Shown here piece by piece: positions 22,401-32,355 of a stretch of 64,000 bases of DNA (the first letter of the stretch is position 1; every line of letters starts with the position of its first letter). This DNA comes from Euglena gracilis (Eukaryota), in NCBI GenBank assembly GCA_039621445.1, contig CP154954.1:17886589-17950588 (forward strand), read 5' to 3'. A program made the position numbers and the translations under genes. The notes below the pieces were generated by a model that ran no database searches, was not told the origin of the DNA, and saw only the letters and a list, made by a program, of their open reading frames with translations.

Positions 22401-25400
22401 CAGGGTGAGGTTTAAGGGTAGGGTTGGTGAACATGGGTGTTGCTCAATGACCCCCCCTGTCTGCACTGTGGCTATTTGTTTGGTGCCTTTGAATGGCTAA
22501 GGGCAGGGAGCGCATGAAGCATCCCGGACCCTGACACCCCGGACCTCATGATGCCACTGTCGTCCCCAAGTCTGGTGGAATCTCCTGATTGGCACGTTCG
22601 TTCCCTGCATTTCAGTCAACTGTGATTTGTCCTTCAGTCTGCGTCTTGATGTGGATTTGGAGGACGACGATTTGGACTTGTCTGAATCCGAAATGTGCTC
22701 ACCCAACCGTCTGAAAAGGGGAGGTACTGGTTCATCAATTGCCCCATGGGCCTGGCGGGGCTGGGCTGCAGGGTCGGCCTGCTGCCGGGGAGTGATGGGG
22801 CGCAGGAGCCCTGGGAGGACGACTTAGCCCCTGAGAATGTTGCCAACACAGAAGGGATTTTGTTATTTGAGGGGGGGTGTGGGGGCGGACCCCCCCCCCG
22901 CCTATGCCAAAGTGAGCCACAAAAATAATTTAGCCCCCGAGTATATTGCCAACACAGAAGAGATTTTGTTATTTGAGGCTCGGGTGGAGGTGGAGAGGGA
23001 GTTTTCTGCCCCTCATAATGCAGAATGCTTGCATTTCTAAAGGATTTTCATGTAATCCCTGTTTTGTCATTGGTTTTTTACCCCTCCGGACCCCCATCAA
23101 GGGCCCACCGACCCACCGACCAAAGATTTCCATCTGAGGGTGTTTATGTTGGTGTAAGGCACTTGTTTGGACCCATCCGGACCATTTCCGGGTGATTTGG
23201 GCCCGCCACAGACCATTTTTATGACCACCGACCAGCCACCGACTAGTTTGCATAGGATTTTGTTCATCGGGGGGGGGGTTAAAAGTTGGCGGTTTTGACC
23301 CGTTAGTATATTAGAGTGGGTATTTCGCCAACTAGTCGGCCGACTACCCACTACCCCCTCCCACCCCGTCTCGCCGACTGGCTACCGACCAATTAGTCGG
23401 CCGAATAATCGGCCGACTACCCACTAACCCCCCCCCCCAGTCTACCGCCATGCGCCGCTCTTGTGGCCCAGAACCTGCATGTTGGGGTGTTTTTGGGCCG
23501 GTTTTTTGCCAGAAAATTGATTTTTTCGAAAAATCTCGACAATGAAGCAAAATGAAAGAAAATTGCGTGGTGACCAAAAACGAAGCCCTTGAAATGCCCT
23601 ATCCAACCACGCTTGACTTTCCCCCCAGCTCTTCGCCGAGCCTGAGGTACAGCTGTTTTTGGCCAAGTTTTGGCCCATTCCTTCGGCCTGTTTTCGGTCA
23701 ATAAAAAAGGAATGAAATATTTGCCCAAAACCATGGGGGTGTACCCCCTGTACCACATGGAGGGTTTCCGCATCCTAGCAAGGGCCAAAAAATGGCACCT
23801 TAGGAATTGTCACCCAAATTTGGAATCAAAACTACCAAAAAATGTGTGATAAATTCCTAATTAGATCAATTTGGACCAAAAGTTCTAAAAATAGATCATA
23901 TGTGACGTTGTATGTGAGGTCACACTGGTCACATGTGACCCGGCCATTGTTGTTGACAGCTTGTTTTTTTTTGGACGCTGTTGTTTTGTTTTTTTTCCAT
24001 TTTAACAATGTTTTTTTTGAAAAAAAACAAAAAACGCCAACAAGGTTTTGTTCGAAAAATTTTTGAATGTATATTTTCATTTTTGGCAAGTTTTGGGTCA
24101 TTTTTGCCAAAAATTTCCTTACCTGCCATTTTCTGTTTGCACAATGAAAAAAAGCCTTGCACTGGACAATGGAAAAGGATCCACATCGAGAAGTTTCGAA
24201 AGGCAAATGTGCAAAACACCCGATCCAAGCACAAAAATTTTCGGAACGGAGGCAACTATCCTTGGGACAAGGTGCAAACATTTTTGAGATACAGGAAATG
24301 CAAAAATATGCGGTGTGAAGTGCGAAAAATTCAGGCGTTAAGTGAAAGCCAGACCCCGCCCCACCGCCCCTCAGTTAGTTGCACTAAGGCTTCTTGTCTG
24401 TTTATGGCCAGCACTAACTTCGTAGCTTAATTTGTGTGGTGAGTGGCCAGGGACCGCGCCCCCCCTCCCAGCCCGCCAAATGCCTACCCTAAAATTCGTG
24501 GTCATGAACACGTTTTCAATGAGGGCATCTGTGGCAATGACACGTTTTCGATTAAGGCATCTGTGGTCAGGCACGTTTTCAATTAGGGCATCTGTGGCAA
24601 CAAAAACGCTGTCATGAAAAATCGGCAGGCGGTTTCGAGGCCGGGTGGTCCTCAACGAGTGAGGCGGGTCGGGGGCACTCTACAACACGACAGAAGGCTG
24701 GTGGTGGGTTTCACCACCGGCCTCCACTCCGTCTCGTTGTGCTCAAGGCAACCTTCAGAGCGCCAATTCCCCCACTTCAACGGGATGTTTTCGCGTTCCC
24801 TGGAGCGCGAACGCGCGCGGAAGGCAGTGTCAACGGTGGTTCGGCCTCCAGCTGAGGTGTTGCAGCCTGAAGAGTTGGACCAGTTGCTGAAGGGGGTGAA
24901 CTGGTCCAACCCTTATGAGGCGCAACGAGCGAACATCCTGGTGAGGAAGGCAACACCACTCCCTCGGTCGTTGTTTTGCGGAATGCCCGAGCGACGGCAT
25001 TCACGTATGTCTGAAAAGAGGTTGCCGAACGATTCCCTGAAACGAACAAAGTTCCCGACTGCTGCTCACGTTGAGCCACACATTGTTCAATGACGCTCGC
25101 CTCATCGAACAACAGGCTGGGTTCCAGCTCCCATCCCGTCCAGGCAACAAAGAAAGCATCCAGCACAGGATAAGAGGCTTGCCGATGTTGACACAGTTTG
25201 GCGAACTCCAAACAGTTGGCAACAGCAGCAAGCTCTGCACCTACGGAGCCGGACTTTTTCTTTGTGTTGCCCTGTGCCAGCAAGGTGCCATGAAGGGGGT
25301 CAACCTTCGGCTCCTTGGCATCTTGCTGGTATACCGCGAGAGCAGCCAGGAACAGTTCCGTCCTAGGGGGAGGTGGTAAAAGACCATTCACAAAGTTAGC

Positions 25401-28400
25401 CGTGCGTTTCGCCATAGTGGGAGGGCTGCGGAAAAAGGGGGGGTGACACGTTTTCAATGAGGGCATCTGTGGCAATGACATGTTTTCGATTAAGGCATCT
25501 GTGTTCAGGCATGTTTTCAATGATGGCGCCGTTTTTTGGGTCCGAATTTCACAAATTCGCGTTTTTGACCCCTTGCGTGAATCATGACCACGAATTTCAG
25601 GACAGGCATTTGGCGGGCTCTGAACACGTTTTTTAAACAAATTGTGGCTGAGCCCAGATTTCAGCCTGAAAACGTGTTCAGGGGGCCCCCTTCGGGGGCC
25701 CCCCTGGCTGAACATGTTATCAGGCTGAAATCTGGGCTCAGCCACAATTTGTGTGTAGAAAACCCTGGAAAAAAATCATTCAGGCAAAATGAGCAAAAAT
25801 GAGGATGGCCATTGCCATCATCATTGCCTTTGCAAAATAGAACCTTGAAATATCCCAAAAGGCCGTTAGAAAAAAAGCAAAAAACCTTTACAAATGGCTT
25901 GAAAAAAAATTGAAACCTTTCGCCTTAAAAAAGCCTGAAGCCAGGCGGCGTACCCTCCCCAAGGGGTAGGGATGAGCAGTGATTAAGTTATTGCGATTGC
26001 GGCCCAAAGCCAGGCAGGACAGAGGAATTTAGTGAAAAAAGCATTTTTCAAATGGCCAAAAATGGGCATTTTCGAGGGCCCTTTGGTGTGTTCACGTCGA
26101 ATTTTTGGCCAAAAAAATCCAACGCAGCGAGATTTGAGCTTTGTTGCCTACCCACTGGACCCCCACCACTGGAAGTGCCAAACGGTAGACTGGGGGGGGG
26201 GGGTAGTGGGTTGTCGGCCGACTACCCAATTGGTCGGCCGACTTGGGGGAGGGGGGGGGGGGGGGGGGTAGTGGGTAGTCGGCCGACTAGTCGGCCGACT
26301 ACCCATTCTAATGTGCTAACGGGGGTGCCAAACGGTAGACTGGGGGGGGGGGCAGTGGGTGGTCGGCCGATTAGTCGGCCAACCACCCAATTGGTCGGCC
26401 GACTAGGCCTGGTCGGCAGCTAGTCGGCGAGACAGGGGGGGGGGGTCGGCGGACTAGTCGGCCGACCACCCACTCTAATGTAGTTACGGGCCAGTCTCGC
26501 CGACTTTTAAGCCCCCCCCCCTGAGAAAAAACTTTTGTCCAAATCACCCCAAAACCAGTCAAAACCCACCCAAATGGCTCCAGAACCCCCCAATCGGGGG
26601 TGAATATGCAAAAAAACTGGGGGCAAAATGTCCATTTTGGGCCACTTTTGGGAAAAGAACACCTTTCCCCGTTGGATTTTCAATATAAGTCAAAATTTGC
26701 AAAAAAAAGCCCTCCAAGTATATTGCCAACATAGAAGGGATTTTGTTATTTGGGGGGGTGCGGGTGCCGCCCCCCCCCCCCCGCCTATGCCAAAATGAGC
26801 CACAAAAACGACTTAACCCCGGAGTATGTTGCCAACATAGAAGGGATTTTGTTATTTGAGGGGGGGGGTGCGGGGGGGCGGAGCCCCCCACCCCCCCGCT
26901 TATCCCAAAGTGAGCCACAAAACGACTTAGCCCCCGAGTATGATGCCAACACAGAAGGGATTTTGTTATCTGAGGCTCGGATGGGGGTGGAGGGCGGAGT
27001 TTTCAGCCTGTCGTGATGCAGAATGCTTGCATTTCTAAAGGATTTTCATGTACCCCCCCCCCTTATTGTCCCCCCCCCCCTCTTTTCCCTGGGCCCCCGC
27101 CGGCGGGGGGGTTTTTGGCCCGGCCAATGAAAATTCCTTTGGTACCCCTTATTGTCCCCCCCCCCCCTTATTGTCCGGTCGGGCCTCCCGGGGAGAGGTC
27201 GATGGGACAATAAGGGGGGGGGTAATCCCTGTTTTGTCATTGGTTTTTTACCCCTCCGGACCCCATCAAGGGCCCACCGACCCCCTGGCAGGTGGGGGGG
27301 GGTGGTCCGGACCCCCCCCTGCGGGCCAGGAGGGGGGGGGGTGGGAGGGACACCCCCCCACCTCTACCATGTACGCCCTCCTTATATCAAACCCTGCCCA
27401 GGGGTCCTCACAAAATTCCCTGGTCAAAACAATAATCAACAATGGATCAACAATCAGACAGGCTCAGACAAAAAACACATCACGTTATTTTCACCTTGGT
27501 GCGCAGCGCTGGAGGATGGAATTTTGGGGAGACTCCCGGACCCCCCCCTGGGGGAGCCAGTGGCTTTTTTTCTTGTGGTTCGTAAACACCCACCTGATGG
27601 CCCCCAGGTGGCATTTAATCTTTATCAAACGCCTGGGCAAAACACATGGCTTGACACAAGGGATTTTGGCACTGGCAGAGAGTTGTGGGATCAAACGGAG
27701 GTGGTTGGATGATCTTGGAAATGATTCCATCTGAGTTCTGTTCACGTCAGTAGAAATTCATGACAAATTTGGCCCAGGAAATAGGTTTACCATGCCCCCC
27801 CCCCCCCGATAGTGTCCCATACCCGGCCCAACCAAGGGGCGGGCATGGGACACTATCGGGGGGGGGGGGGCACTATGGGGGGGCATGGTATGTTTGGACC
27901 ACCGAAGCCCTGGGTGGAACCCCCCAGTCAAAAATGATTTTTGTTTCAACCCTCCTTTGGATCCCAAGTCTCCAAGTTCCTCAGCATTCGTTAAACGTTT
28001 CCCTTCCTTTCATATTGAATTTCCTTTCATTGACAGACACTCACATTATTTTGTCCCCCAACTGTCCCAAAGTTTCTGCCCACGTTGTCAAAACCGGTTG
28101 CCCGTCTCCAAAATCACCCATGATCCCCCCTCCCATCCGAATTTTTTGCCCCATGTCTCATCATTCCCCCCCCTCAAATTTCCCATTCACCAAACTTTTT
28201 CTCATCCCGTGCATCTTTCCATGATAGCCGTGAATAGATTACAGCAAGGGCACCCCCCCCCCCCCAAAGTCCCCTCGACTTTGCAACTCCCCCCACCGGG
28301 CTTGGCTTCTCATCACATGGTGCGCTGACCTACAGCTGATTTTCGTGATCGGCAGGCCCCAAAAACCCCAATTTTTTGCACTTTTTTTTCCCCAGAATGT

Positions 28401-30095
28401 TCTGCCATTTGCCTTCCAAAACGTCCCTGTCATTTTGTTTCGTTTGGGGGTGGTAAGATTGAAAACTTGCATTTGTGATTTTTCGGTATTTTTTTTGGGT
28501 TTTTGCCGAAACCATTTCCCTGAGCTTCTTAGTGAAGGTGTATTGGGGGCCGGTCACTGGGAAAATTTTTTCAGTAGAAAAATAGTCAATTAAAACCTGG
28601 AAAGGAAAAACCCGGAAAGGAGTGTGTGATAGTTGTCTAAAGTTCTTTTGGGAGTCAGCAAGTTGACTCTCCCCTATGGTGGTGACTTCCACTAAAAGCA
28701 AAGAAAACCCAGAATAAGGCAACAGGGGGAAACACACCAATCTTGTCAACCAAATCGCCGTTTGCCCTCGTTCGCACTTCACCTGCTGCATATTCCAGAA
28801 CACAAAAAGAATAGCGCTCAAAAACCAAAAATAGAAGATCCTTTTGCTCTCCCTGCACAATGGAAACAAAAGAAGAACCACCCACAGCCGGCAAAAAAAA
28901 GTTTCCCCAACCTGTTTCTCCAACCAACCAAAATTTTTGCTCAGCGCCTTCAAAAAAAAAAACGGTCTCAAGGGTCTCAAAAATTTAGCTCTGGGTCCAA
29001 AAAGTATTTGCACTTGTTCAGAAAAAAGTTGGACTCCGTCATTTTGTTTTTTCTCTGGAAAAGGGCCTCCCTCTGCACCAATGGAAAAAGGTTGATGGAA
29101 AGGGGTTGGGGTTGCAAGGGCAACTGTGCAAAGCGCCCAATCCAAATGCAAAAAATTTGGAACGGAGGAAAATATTTTTAGGACAAGGTGCAAACTTTTC
29201 AAAATGAAATACAAACAAATTGGTCGTGTGTGCAAACTGTTTTGCGATAGAGTGCAAAAAAATTGACCGGAAATGCAAAAATATATGGTGTGAAGTGCGA
29301 AAAAGTCGGTTGTTAGGTGTAAAAAAAACAACTGAAAAGCTTACACTTAGCGTCTGAAATGTTTGCCAACGGCTGGCAAAAATATTTGCCCCAACCCGAA
29401 AAAATTTTTGCCCAGCGTCCTCAAAAAAAATGCCCAAAAGTCCCAAAAATATTTGCACTTGTTCGGAAAAAATCCGCACTCCGCCATCTGATTTTTGCTC
29501 AATGAAAAAGAGCCCCACACTGGACAATGGAAAAAGTTCCACGCCGATTGAAGGTTCTGATACGAAAACTGTGTCCAGAACGCCGGTTCGGGCGTAAAGC
29601 TGTGGCCCAGAACGCGGCGCTGTCTTGGCAACCGCCAGACATTAGCAATACAGACTGAAATCCAGTAATGTCTGGAGAATTCAAGACAGGAAAATGGGTT
29701 GGAAGCTGGAATTCGGTTCAAAGCCAGGCTCACCCCCATGGCAGGAAAAAGTGGGCAGGACAAGGCATTGTAAAGCCGTTTTCAGGTCCCGAAAACCTTG
29801 ATCAGGGAGGCATCAAATGTCAAACGAGAAAGCGAAACGAACCAATGGTCTGTATGTCTGCATGAAGATGATCCTCCCATATAAAGGAATGTCCAAAATG
29901 GGTTGTAGCCCTTCTGAGGCAACGGTGTGGATGTTCAGGCGGGTGCACTTGCTACAGATAGATGGGGGAAAACAGCTCAAGTCTTTTGGCAAACCTCACA
30001 ATCAAATTCAGGTCAGTGGGAGATGTGAAATTGGATGTCAAGCAGCGGGTTGCAGCCGTTGGTTTGTGGGCTGTAACCACATAGTTGAAAGCCAT
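731..30095 (-). CDS. DDB1: DNA damage-binding protein 1 (CUL4 adaptor), 5' part, 18 exons; gene continues beyond the left edge
   Basis: Exons join in frame (1706 nt): 30095-29995, 29951-29843, 28852-28738, 22329-22256, 21091-20981, 19905-19796, 18762-18663, 15947-15799, 14966-14873, 12888-12789, 11022-10931, 6175-6067, 5637-5556, 5334-5283, 4435-4337, 3364-3305, 2359-2289, 808-731. Colinear DDB1 motifs: [63 protein letters not shown]. Confidence 0.96.
817..2288. mobile_element. Composite hAT-type MITE forming nonconventional DDB1 intron 17
   Basis: Begins CAGGGGCTTTTT, ends AAAAATCTCTG; perfect 8-bp TSD CCCAGGGC at 809-816 and 2289-2296. Confidence 0.88.
1014..1993. mobile_element. Nested hAT deletion derivative with TTATTCGTAC subterminal arrays
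   Basis: Perfect 23-bp TIR CAGGGTTTCCCACTGATTCGTAC; flanks CCCCCAC on both sides; minus-strand transposase-like remnant inside. Confidence 0.85.
2289..2359 (-). CDS. DDB1: DDB1 exon 17 (AGANP...[10 protein letters not shown])
   Basis: Matches the DDB1 I..ASCN motif; both flanking introns are non-GT-AG. Confidence 0.85.
3305..3364 (-). CDS. DDB1: DDB1 exon 16 ([10 protein letters not shown]...VQEW)
   Basis: cag| acceptor; no GT donor after EW. Confidence 0.88.
4337..4435 (-). CDS. DDB1: DDB1 exon 15 (EARLGGL...TLLCTNI...FVQ)
   Basis: cag| ... |gtgact. Confidence 0.9.
5283..5334 (-). CDS. DDB1: DDB1 exon 14 ([17 protein letters not shown])
   Basis: Completes the LVLSF..ET.VL motif; donor |gtctct. 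Confidence 0.9.
5343..5555. mobile_element. hAT-type MITE (213 bp) forming nonconventional DDB1 intron 13
   Basis: TIR CAGGCTTCTTTTTA / TAAAAACAAGCCTG (13/14); perfect 8-bp TSD GAGAGCAC at 5335-5342 and 5556-5563. Confidence 0.92.
5556..5637 (-). CDS. DDB1: DDB1 exon 13 (GMWSL...AKYLVLS)
   Basis: cag| acceptor; 3' boundary slides within an 11-bp direct repeat (nonconventional intron). Confidence 0.9.
6067..6175 (-). CDS. DDB1: DDB1 exon 12 ([24 protein letters not shown]...)
   Basis: cag| ... G|gtgtgc. Confidence 0.96.
6257..6570. mobile_element. hAT-type MITE family A (314 bp)
   Basis: Perfect 16-bp TIR CAGGGCGGTCCTTAAG; 8-bp TSD GTTCTTTA. Confidence 0.93.
7482..7552. mobile_element. Short (about 70 bp) interspersed element, family C; other copies start at 24375, 43047, 54590
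   Basis: Core TTAGTTGCACT.AGGCTTCTTGTCTGTT.ATGGCC...; 14-bp flanking duplication AGGCAGGCACCCCC. Confidence 0.75.
9556..9860. repeat. Compound microsatellite (ATC)n-(TAGTAT)n-(GAT)n
   Basis: Direct reading. Confidence 0.95.
10015..10165. repeat. GGCCATTTTA 10-mer array (second block at 8882-8950)
   Basis: Direct reading; probably transposon subterminal repeats. Confidence 0.85.
10359..10490. repeat. (GT)n/(GC)n microsatellite
   Basis: Direct reading; continues at 10805-10878 after the MITE. Confidence 0.95.
10492..10804. mobile_element. hAT-type MITE family A, inserted in a (GT)n tract
   Basis: Near-identical to 6257-6570; TSD GTGTGTGC. Confidence 0.9.
10931..11022 (-). CDS. DDB1: DDB1 exon 11 ([22 protein letters not shown])
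   Basis: cag| ... |gtgtgc. Confidence 0.95.
12789..12888 (-). CDS. DDB1: DDB1 exon 10 ([10 protein letters not shown]...DSQLVRL)
   Basis: cag| ... G|gtatgt. Confidence 0.93.
13434..13692. mobile_element. Foldback MITE with GG termini and internal TTAGGG-like tracts
   Basis: About 100-bp inverted arms beginning GGCAGCTCCCAAC; flanks GACTGTTC / AACTGTTC. Confidence 0.8.
14873..14966 (-). CDS. DDB1: DDB1 exon 9 ([11 protein letters not shown]...IGE)
   Basis: cag| ... |gtatgt. Confidence 0.93.
15799..15947 (-). CDS. DDB1: DDB1 exon 8 ([14 protein letters not shown]...IDNQR)
   Basis: cag| ... AG|gtgtgg. Confidence 0.93.
16394..16713. mobile_element. Diverged family A MITE
   Basis: Colinear similarity to 6257-6570; no TSD left. 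Confidence 0.7.
18663..18762 (-). CDS. DDB1: DDB1 exon 7 (HVKAY...[11 protein letters not shown])
   Basis: cag| ... |gtatgc. Confidence 0.92.
19796..19905 (-). CDS. DDB1: DDB1 exon 6 (PAAV...[13 protein letters not shown])
   Basis: Matches the DDB1 TI.F.Y.D..GRH motif; donor AG|gtgtgg; 5' boundary less certain. Confidence 0.8.
20981..21091 (-). CDS. DDB1: DDB1 exon 5 (GLLKVIP...DMCFLQ)
   Basis: cag| acceptor; 3' boundary non-canonical, uncertain by about 2 nt. Confidence 0.88.
22256..22329 (-). CDS. DDB1: DDB1 exon 4 (GRKVE...LHLYE)
   Basis: cag| ... |gtatgt. Confidence 0.9.
24470..25619. mobile_element. Inverted-repeat-bounded element carrying rearranged tyrosine-recombinase-like sequence
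   Basis: 38-bp inverted repeats (35/38) at 24470-24507 and 25582-25619; about 31-bp subterminal repeats ACACGTTTTCAATGAGGGCATCTGTGG at both ends; no TSD seen. Confidence 0.7.
24698..25415. pseudogene. Scrambled tyrosine recombinase (Crypton-like) fragment
   Basis: Pieces A (-,25415-24946), B (+,24752-24943), C (+,24698-24745) rejoin to ...[13 protein letters not shown]...[11 protein letters not shown]...[12 protein letters not shown]...[17 protein letters not shown]; family assignment by motif recognition only. Confidence 0.6.
27053..27222. mobile_element. Tc1/mariner-pogo type MITE family D; other copies 41107-41282, 42932-43188, 54475-54732
   Basis: TIR C(n)TTATTGTCCC; TA duplication; paralogous empty site CATGTAATCCCT near 23050. 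Confidence 0.9.
27790..27888. mobile_element. TA-TSD MITE with CCATGCCCCC termini
   Basis: TA|CCATGCCCCC...GGGGGCATGG|TA; relative at about 62200-62375. Confidence 0.75.
28738..28852 (-). CDS. DDB1: DDB1 exon 3 (GEQKDLLF...DKI)
   Basis: cag| ... G|gtgtgt; phase matches exon 4. Confidence 0.92.
29843..29951 (-). CDS. DDB1: DDB1 exon 2 (KCTRLNIH...LYGRI...YRPL)
   Basis: tag| acceptor, |gttcgt donor; not in the ORF track. Confidence 0.92.
29995..30095 (-). CDS. DDB1: DDB1 exon 1 ([13 protein letters not shown]...DLNLIVS)
   Basis: ATG 30095; donor AG|gtttgc; followed by a 43-nt GT-AG intron. Confidence 0.93.
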
Positions 30096-30112
30096 TGGCC
30101 CCAAAAGTAGGC

Positions 30113-30122
30113 CTGTCCAACT
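30113..30122 (-). promoter_or_regulatory. Candidate spliced-leader trans-splice or 5' UTR acceptor AGs upstream of DDB1
   Basis: CAG triplets ending at 30121 and 30113, just upstream of the ATG; the role is inferred from euglenozoan biology only. Confidence 0.25.
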
Positions 30123-30615
30123 GCAATAATAATCGCACTGTTGCTGTGACACAAAGCAAGGAACCTTCGGATGACCTGATGGCTGGGTTGGGGAGGCATT
30201 ATTTTAAATGGTGCAAGGGGGGGCCGTTGCAGGTTTCCTGGCCACCAGACGAAAACAGTATCAATGGAAGGTTTGGAAGGAGAAATAAAAGCGAACAAAT
30301 TGGAGTCAACTGATAAAATGTTCTGGGGTGATGTGTAAGCCTCAGGGTGGCAAAATGTTGTCCACCTGGGGGGCAGGTAACTCCCAACCCTAACCGTATT
30401 CCTTCCCATGACCCTTTACAGACCCAGAAGAGAGAAATCTGAAAAAAAGGGGATTCTTTTGTGGGCCTCAAAAATAATGCCTCGTGGGGGCCCTCAAATT
30501 TGGTTCATTTGCACCAACACAAGGGCCGACCCCGGGGGGGGGGGGGTCCAACATGGGAGATCAGGCAGTAGGCTTTGACAAGGGGTGAAGGACTCTGTGT
30601 TTTTTGGGTGATTAT

Positions 30616-31421
30616 GGGGTTATTTGAAGGAGCAGGGTTAGGGCAATATGGCCATGACATGGCGATGTTGCCCTAACCCTACTCCCCATAATCATAATCC
30701 CACAACCACCCATAATCACCCAAAAAAATAGGCCGTCGTGCGACAACCGAAAAGGCCGTCGTGCAAAAACAGATAAGTGCCCGAGTTCACCGCAAGAGCA
30801 CTTTTTGGCCAAAAATGGCCAAAAATGACATTTGGGCAAGTTTTTCGAAAATTTCGATAAAAATGCATGAACCATCAACCTCAAAATGACCATTTTGAGA
30901 GGAAAAGGAGTAAAATTTCACCATCAAAATTTCACCCCCAACCATCAAGAAGGTGAAGTTGGACCCCAAAATGGCCACCCAGGAAGGGGGGGGCAAATTT
31001 TGGCCTTCTGCGCCTTTTGTTGCTGAAGGGAAATGGCCACTTTGAACCAAATTGCCAAAAAAGTTTTGGTTATTTGAGGGGGGGGTGAGGGTGACCCTGG
31101 TTGGGCGGCTCTTTGGGGTAGCTGGTATCCTGTAGGGGCCGTTGTTGTGCGATGCATCCTGACCCTAACCCTACCTGGGAGGTTAGGCAGGGGCTGTGGA
31201 CCCTGCACGGTGCCTGGAGGGCGGCCACTTTGAGCGGGGGGGTGAGGGTTATACACATGGGGGGACCCTCGCTCCCCATCCCGGGTCCCCCACCCCGGTT
31301 GGGCGGCTCTTTGGGTTCACTGAGTACCCGGCAGAGGCAAATATAACGATGTTGAGCGGGAAGGGTGCAACTGTTTGCATGAGAATCTTAACCCCACTAA
31401 CCCTACTCCTTCAAAACCCCA
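30616..31421. mobile_element. Inverted-repeat element with GGGTTAG-containing ends
   Basis: GGGGTTATTTGAAGGAGCAGGGTTAG versus CTAACCCTACTCCTTCAAAACCCC; no TSD recognised. Confidence 0.5.
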
Positions 31422-32283
31422 TCATACCCCATTTCTGACCTCAAGGGAATCGACTTGTGAAATTTGGAGATGGCAGTCGTTTATCTAACAAGTTCCCAAA
31501 ATCCCTTGCCAAACCATTTTGGGCCTCAGATTAACTGCTTTTCGGGTGTTTTTGGATGTTTCTTTGTGTAAAACTGTTTTGATATTTTTGAAAAAATCAC
31601 TGTTTGTTCCAAATAAAAAGTGTTCTTACCCACCCGTTTTGCATTTTCTTGGCGTTTCAACCACACAGTCCCCTTTGGGATGAAGTGGATCAAACAAATC
31701 ACATTCGCCATATGCACGTGGGCTGCAGCATGGGAAAATCACGGTCAAAAATGTGTGGGAACATCATGAAATCGACCAAATGGTGGGGCATTTGCTGGAC
31801 TTTGTGGAAGTTACGATTTCTGAAAGTAAATAGGCCAAAATGGTCGGAATTGGGCTGGCCAGGGCAAATTTGGGGTCAAGCAAAAGAATTTGTTTTCATA
31901 ATTGACTTTTTTTTGGGAGGGGCTTTTTGCAGTTTCAATTATAGGCACCCATTCCGGCCAGGGGGCCCCATTCGGGTCAACCTGCAGCCCATTTCCAGCC
32001 TGCCCAAATTTTCGAGTTGCGCTTGCGCTGTTCCCAAATGCGCAAACAAGAACAAAAGAAATAATTCTTGCCTGACTTGTTTTTTTATTCCTTGATGGTT
32101 TGCAGTGATTGCTGCATGCTGCATTTGTGTGAACGTGAACCTTAGTGGAGCAAGGCAGCAAGCCACACGAGAAGGATGGGGTGATGTTGGATGACGGTAA
32201 TTCCGTTAGGATTTCCCAAAGCACGCCGTCTTTTTTTTTTGCAATTCTCCCGATTAAAAAACATTTCCGGTTCGCAAGGCATC

Positions 32284-32355
32284 GGTCTTATAGTGTAGCG
32301 GTTAGCACATGGGATTCTGATTCCCATAACCCCGGTTCGAATCCGGGTAGGACCT
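32284..32355 (+). tRNA. tRNA-Gln (anticodon CTG)
   Basis: 72-nt cloverleaf: acceptor GGTCTTA/TAGGACC, anticodon arm TGGGA-TTCTGAT-TCCCA, T loop TTCGAAT, downstream T-runs (Pol III terminator). Confidence 0.95.

Noticed and set aside
22497-22830. Ser/Asp-rich ORFs in intron 3
   Set aside because: No recognisable domain and DDB1 needs no exon between KI-G and GRK.
24505-24602. Roughly 31-bp repeats as CRISPR repeats
   Set aside because: Head-to-tail without spacers; subterminal repeats of an element.
23270-26523. One 3.2-kb element bounded by TAGTCGGCCGACTA-rich inverted ends
   Set aside because: Ends are related and inverted but no TSD links them; may be two separate fragments.
28330-29331. 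Longest ORF in the track (333 aa)
   Set aside because: F/L/K-rich translation of T-rich repeats; crosses DDB1 exon 3 in the wrong frame.
731-30095. DDB1 as a transposon-disrupted pseudogene
   Set aside because: All 18 exons are stop-free and phase-compatible, and the non-GT-AG gaps fit a known intron class; not fully excluded without RNA data.
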